64,000 nucleotides of DNA from Eledone cirrhosa (Eukaryota). Each line of letters starts with the position of its first letter. Position 1 is the stretch's first letter. Positions 61,556 to 64,000 of the stretch are shown here, one piece after another. A program made the translations under genes and the position numbers. The stretch is from the NCBI GenBank assembly GCA_964016885.1, contig OZ024740.1:120528001-120592000 (forward strand), given 5' to 3'. Below the pieces are notes generated by a model. The model was given only the letters and a program-made list of their open reading frames with translations, had not been told where the DNA came from and did no database searches.

Positions 61556-63795
61556 TAGTGGTAAAAAATCAGGATATTATATCTGTAGTAAGTGCAACAC
61601 TCAGTCCATAGGACAAGTTCGGTATAGAGTTAGTTCCACAATGAGAAGGATTTGCTAATTTGTTGTGGATCTCTCTCTCTATATATATATATATTTATGG
61701 GTGGGGTTTGAAGAGACTGTAGTATGGGAAGCAGGAAGGTTGCTGTCCATATTAGTACTCAATGCTTATGTTTAGGTATAGAGTTGATATAGAAATGAAT
61801 AAAAACATATGTGCCTTGCATTGGAGTTTTGCTTATATATGTTTATACATATATTATTGCAATGACTTCTACAGTACTGGGCTATCACTGTGTCATCTGC
61901 ATTGGTAATCCACCAATTATAATTATATATATTTTTGCATGAATTTGAAACATCATGTCTCTTTATATCAAAAGGCATATTAGTTATTTGGTAAATAATG
62001 ATCAATGAATATGCGGCTGAAGTATTGAACCAATATGTCCTACCTACTAATACCTTTCAAGGTGGTCACTCAGCATACTTGCAGTGTAATGGTATAATCA
62101 GTACAAAGACTTAAAAAATATATATATATTTCTTTAAGCTGATTTGGATTGTGAAAATCCCCATATAATCTTTACTCTACCTCTATTCCAATTATTCCCC
62201 CTAGTTCTCTTGATATCAATCACTTACTCTCACTTACACTCATCCATTTTTATTGCTATCCTCTCCTGCTGATCATGCTTTTTCCTGTTTCATCTTCTTA
62301 CAAGTGAGCTATTCTTGTCTACTTTTCACTAGTATTTCCCTAGCATCAATGTTTTGCCAATTACATTTATACTTCTGTCTTATTCCACACACTTGGTCAT
62401 CATATTTTCATTTAGTTCCTTCTCAATCATGTTTTCCTTGAGCAGACGGAGACAACAATAAAAATGAATGTTTACTCTTGCAGGGTCCATGACAAACTCT
62501 ATTGTGATGATAGCATGGACTGAGTACAATTTGTTGTGCTAACAAGGAAAGTAGTTATAAAATGATGACTGACCCCCCCCCCCCCCCCACACACACATAT
62601 ATATTTATATATACACACAGATCTGTGTATGCACATACATTCAGATACATAGGCGTTATTTTTTTAAGACATGAAAGAATGGAAAGGTTAACACAAGTTG
62701 AATGGCATAGTGGACAGATAGACAAACACAGACAGTGAGATAGACAGACAGCAGAAATGCATGCATACACACAGAAAGATAGAGAAGAGCTTAAAGAATG
62801 AAAAAAAAAACCTGAATGAAATGGAAGAATTTAAAAAATAACATTTAGAAATAAGAAATAAGTAACTGAAGAAAATAAAGGATGATGCAGATAATGTTAA
62901 GAACATATGATGATGAAGCAGTGAAAAAGTGGAAAATAAAGTATTTGTATAAGTAAGGTAGTCAGGTTGTCAGGTGAATATCTTGATTTTCAATAGAACA
63001 ATCATACAAACAACAATTTTTAATTAATTAAATCAAAGTTAGTAACATTACTTGTTCATCAAGGTCAATCCTACATGTGGATGAATGTGTATGCAGGATA
63101 GACAAAGACATAGCACATAAACAGCTGTAATGATGTGCATTTGTAAATTAGAAAATTAACGCCAGCAGTTAAAAGTAAGTCTTGATGTCTGTAAAGTATT
63201 GTATCAACAACTAACAAGAAGAGTTTATGAAACAGACATGAAATATATACATATCCCACAATTCCACTGTAGTGTCACTAGAGGTTAACATTCACAGAAA
63301 CAGATAATATGTTGCAGAACAATGTAAAAACAGCTGTATTCCTGCTGCAACAAAATCAATAAATTTGATCTCACCAATTAATCATTCTTATATAATTAAT
63401 ATTGTCAATGACATCATTAATCTAATTGATATTAATTTCACATTACCAATATTGTATATGTTATTAGCATTCTTCTTTTAATTAATATTTTCCACAATAC
63501 TAATGATAATATTAGCTTTGCCAACATTAATGTAATTAGTAATATCAGTGTTTCTAATCAGAGTTGTGTCTGCTATATAACTGAGCCGTTATGGTCAGTG
63601 AGGTGTTTAAATGAAGTTGAGTTCAATTCTTGTGATCTTAAGCAGTTCTATTTCCTTCAATATGGACTGATAGTTTGCTGTAGAAGTGTTGGAAGTTGGT
63701 ATAATAATGAATCAAATTAACAAATTCAGCTGGCTGCACTTCAAAACATTCCTTAAATGAAACCACTGATCAGAAAATTTGAGCTGATAATAATT

Positions 63796-63975
63796 CTTTC
63801 TACTTTAGGCACAAGGCCAGCAATTATCCAGTACATTGCTGGTACTTTATTTTATCGACCCCGTAAGGATGAAAGGCAAAGTTAACCTCGGCAGGATTTG
63901 AACTCAGACTGTAAGGGGATGTAACTATGCTAGAAAGCATGGCGTCCAACCCTCTACCGATATAGCCAATCCACT
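63796..63975 (-). mobile_element. tRNA-derived SINE (4059 family) with TSD; a second copy appears to begin at 63991
   Basis: Flanked by tgagctgataataatt at 63780-63795 and 63975-63990. The next bases, gtttctactt, are again the SINE 3' end. Confidence 0.9.
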
Positions 63976-64000
63976 GAGCTGATAATAATTGTTTCTACTT

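Noticed and set aside
63051-63190. Minus-strand segment bounded by tttacag and gtaatg splice-like sites
   Set aside because: Frames examined contain stops and there is no homology; such signals are common by chance.

Overview
AT-rich, repeat-saturated animal genomic DNA, probably intergenic or intronic. The repeat families and (TA)n/(GAT)n content suggest a mollusc, probably a cephalopod such as Octopus (inference). No host protein-coding gene can be supported. The window contains: (i) two 5'-truncated Penelope-like elements (PLEs) with uninterrupted RT + C-terminal GIY-YIG ORFs (16268-18095 minus; 19219-20910 plus), plus two PLE fragments (42-43.7 kb, 57.5-58.6 kb); (ii) more than ten intact or decayed minimal hammerhead-ribozyme (HHR) motifs from several unrelated families, mostly in (TA)n-embedded fold-back structures where only one arm carries a 60-110 bp tail, often with a shared TCGAGTGCT-like motif; (iii) RTE-clade LINEs in two subfamilies with a C4HC3 PHD-type finger inserted inside the RT domain, one copy with a long open ORF and a 7-bp TSD; (iv) CR1-like and other RTE-like remnants; (v) many tRNA-derived SINEs, several with clear TSDs; (vi) a non-autonomous Helitron, piggyBac-like MITEs, a solo-LTR-like unit, a perfect 6 x 77-bp tandem array and very long TA-based microsatellites. 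All alignments and folds were done by eye, and most boundaries are approximate.
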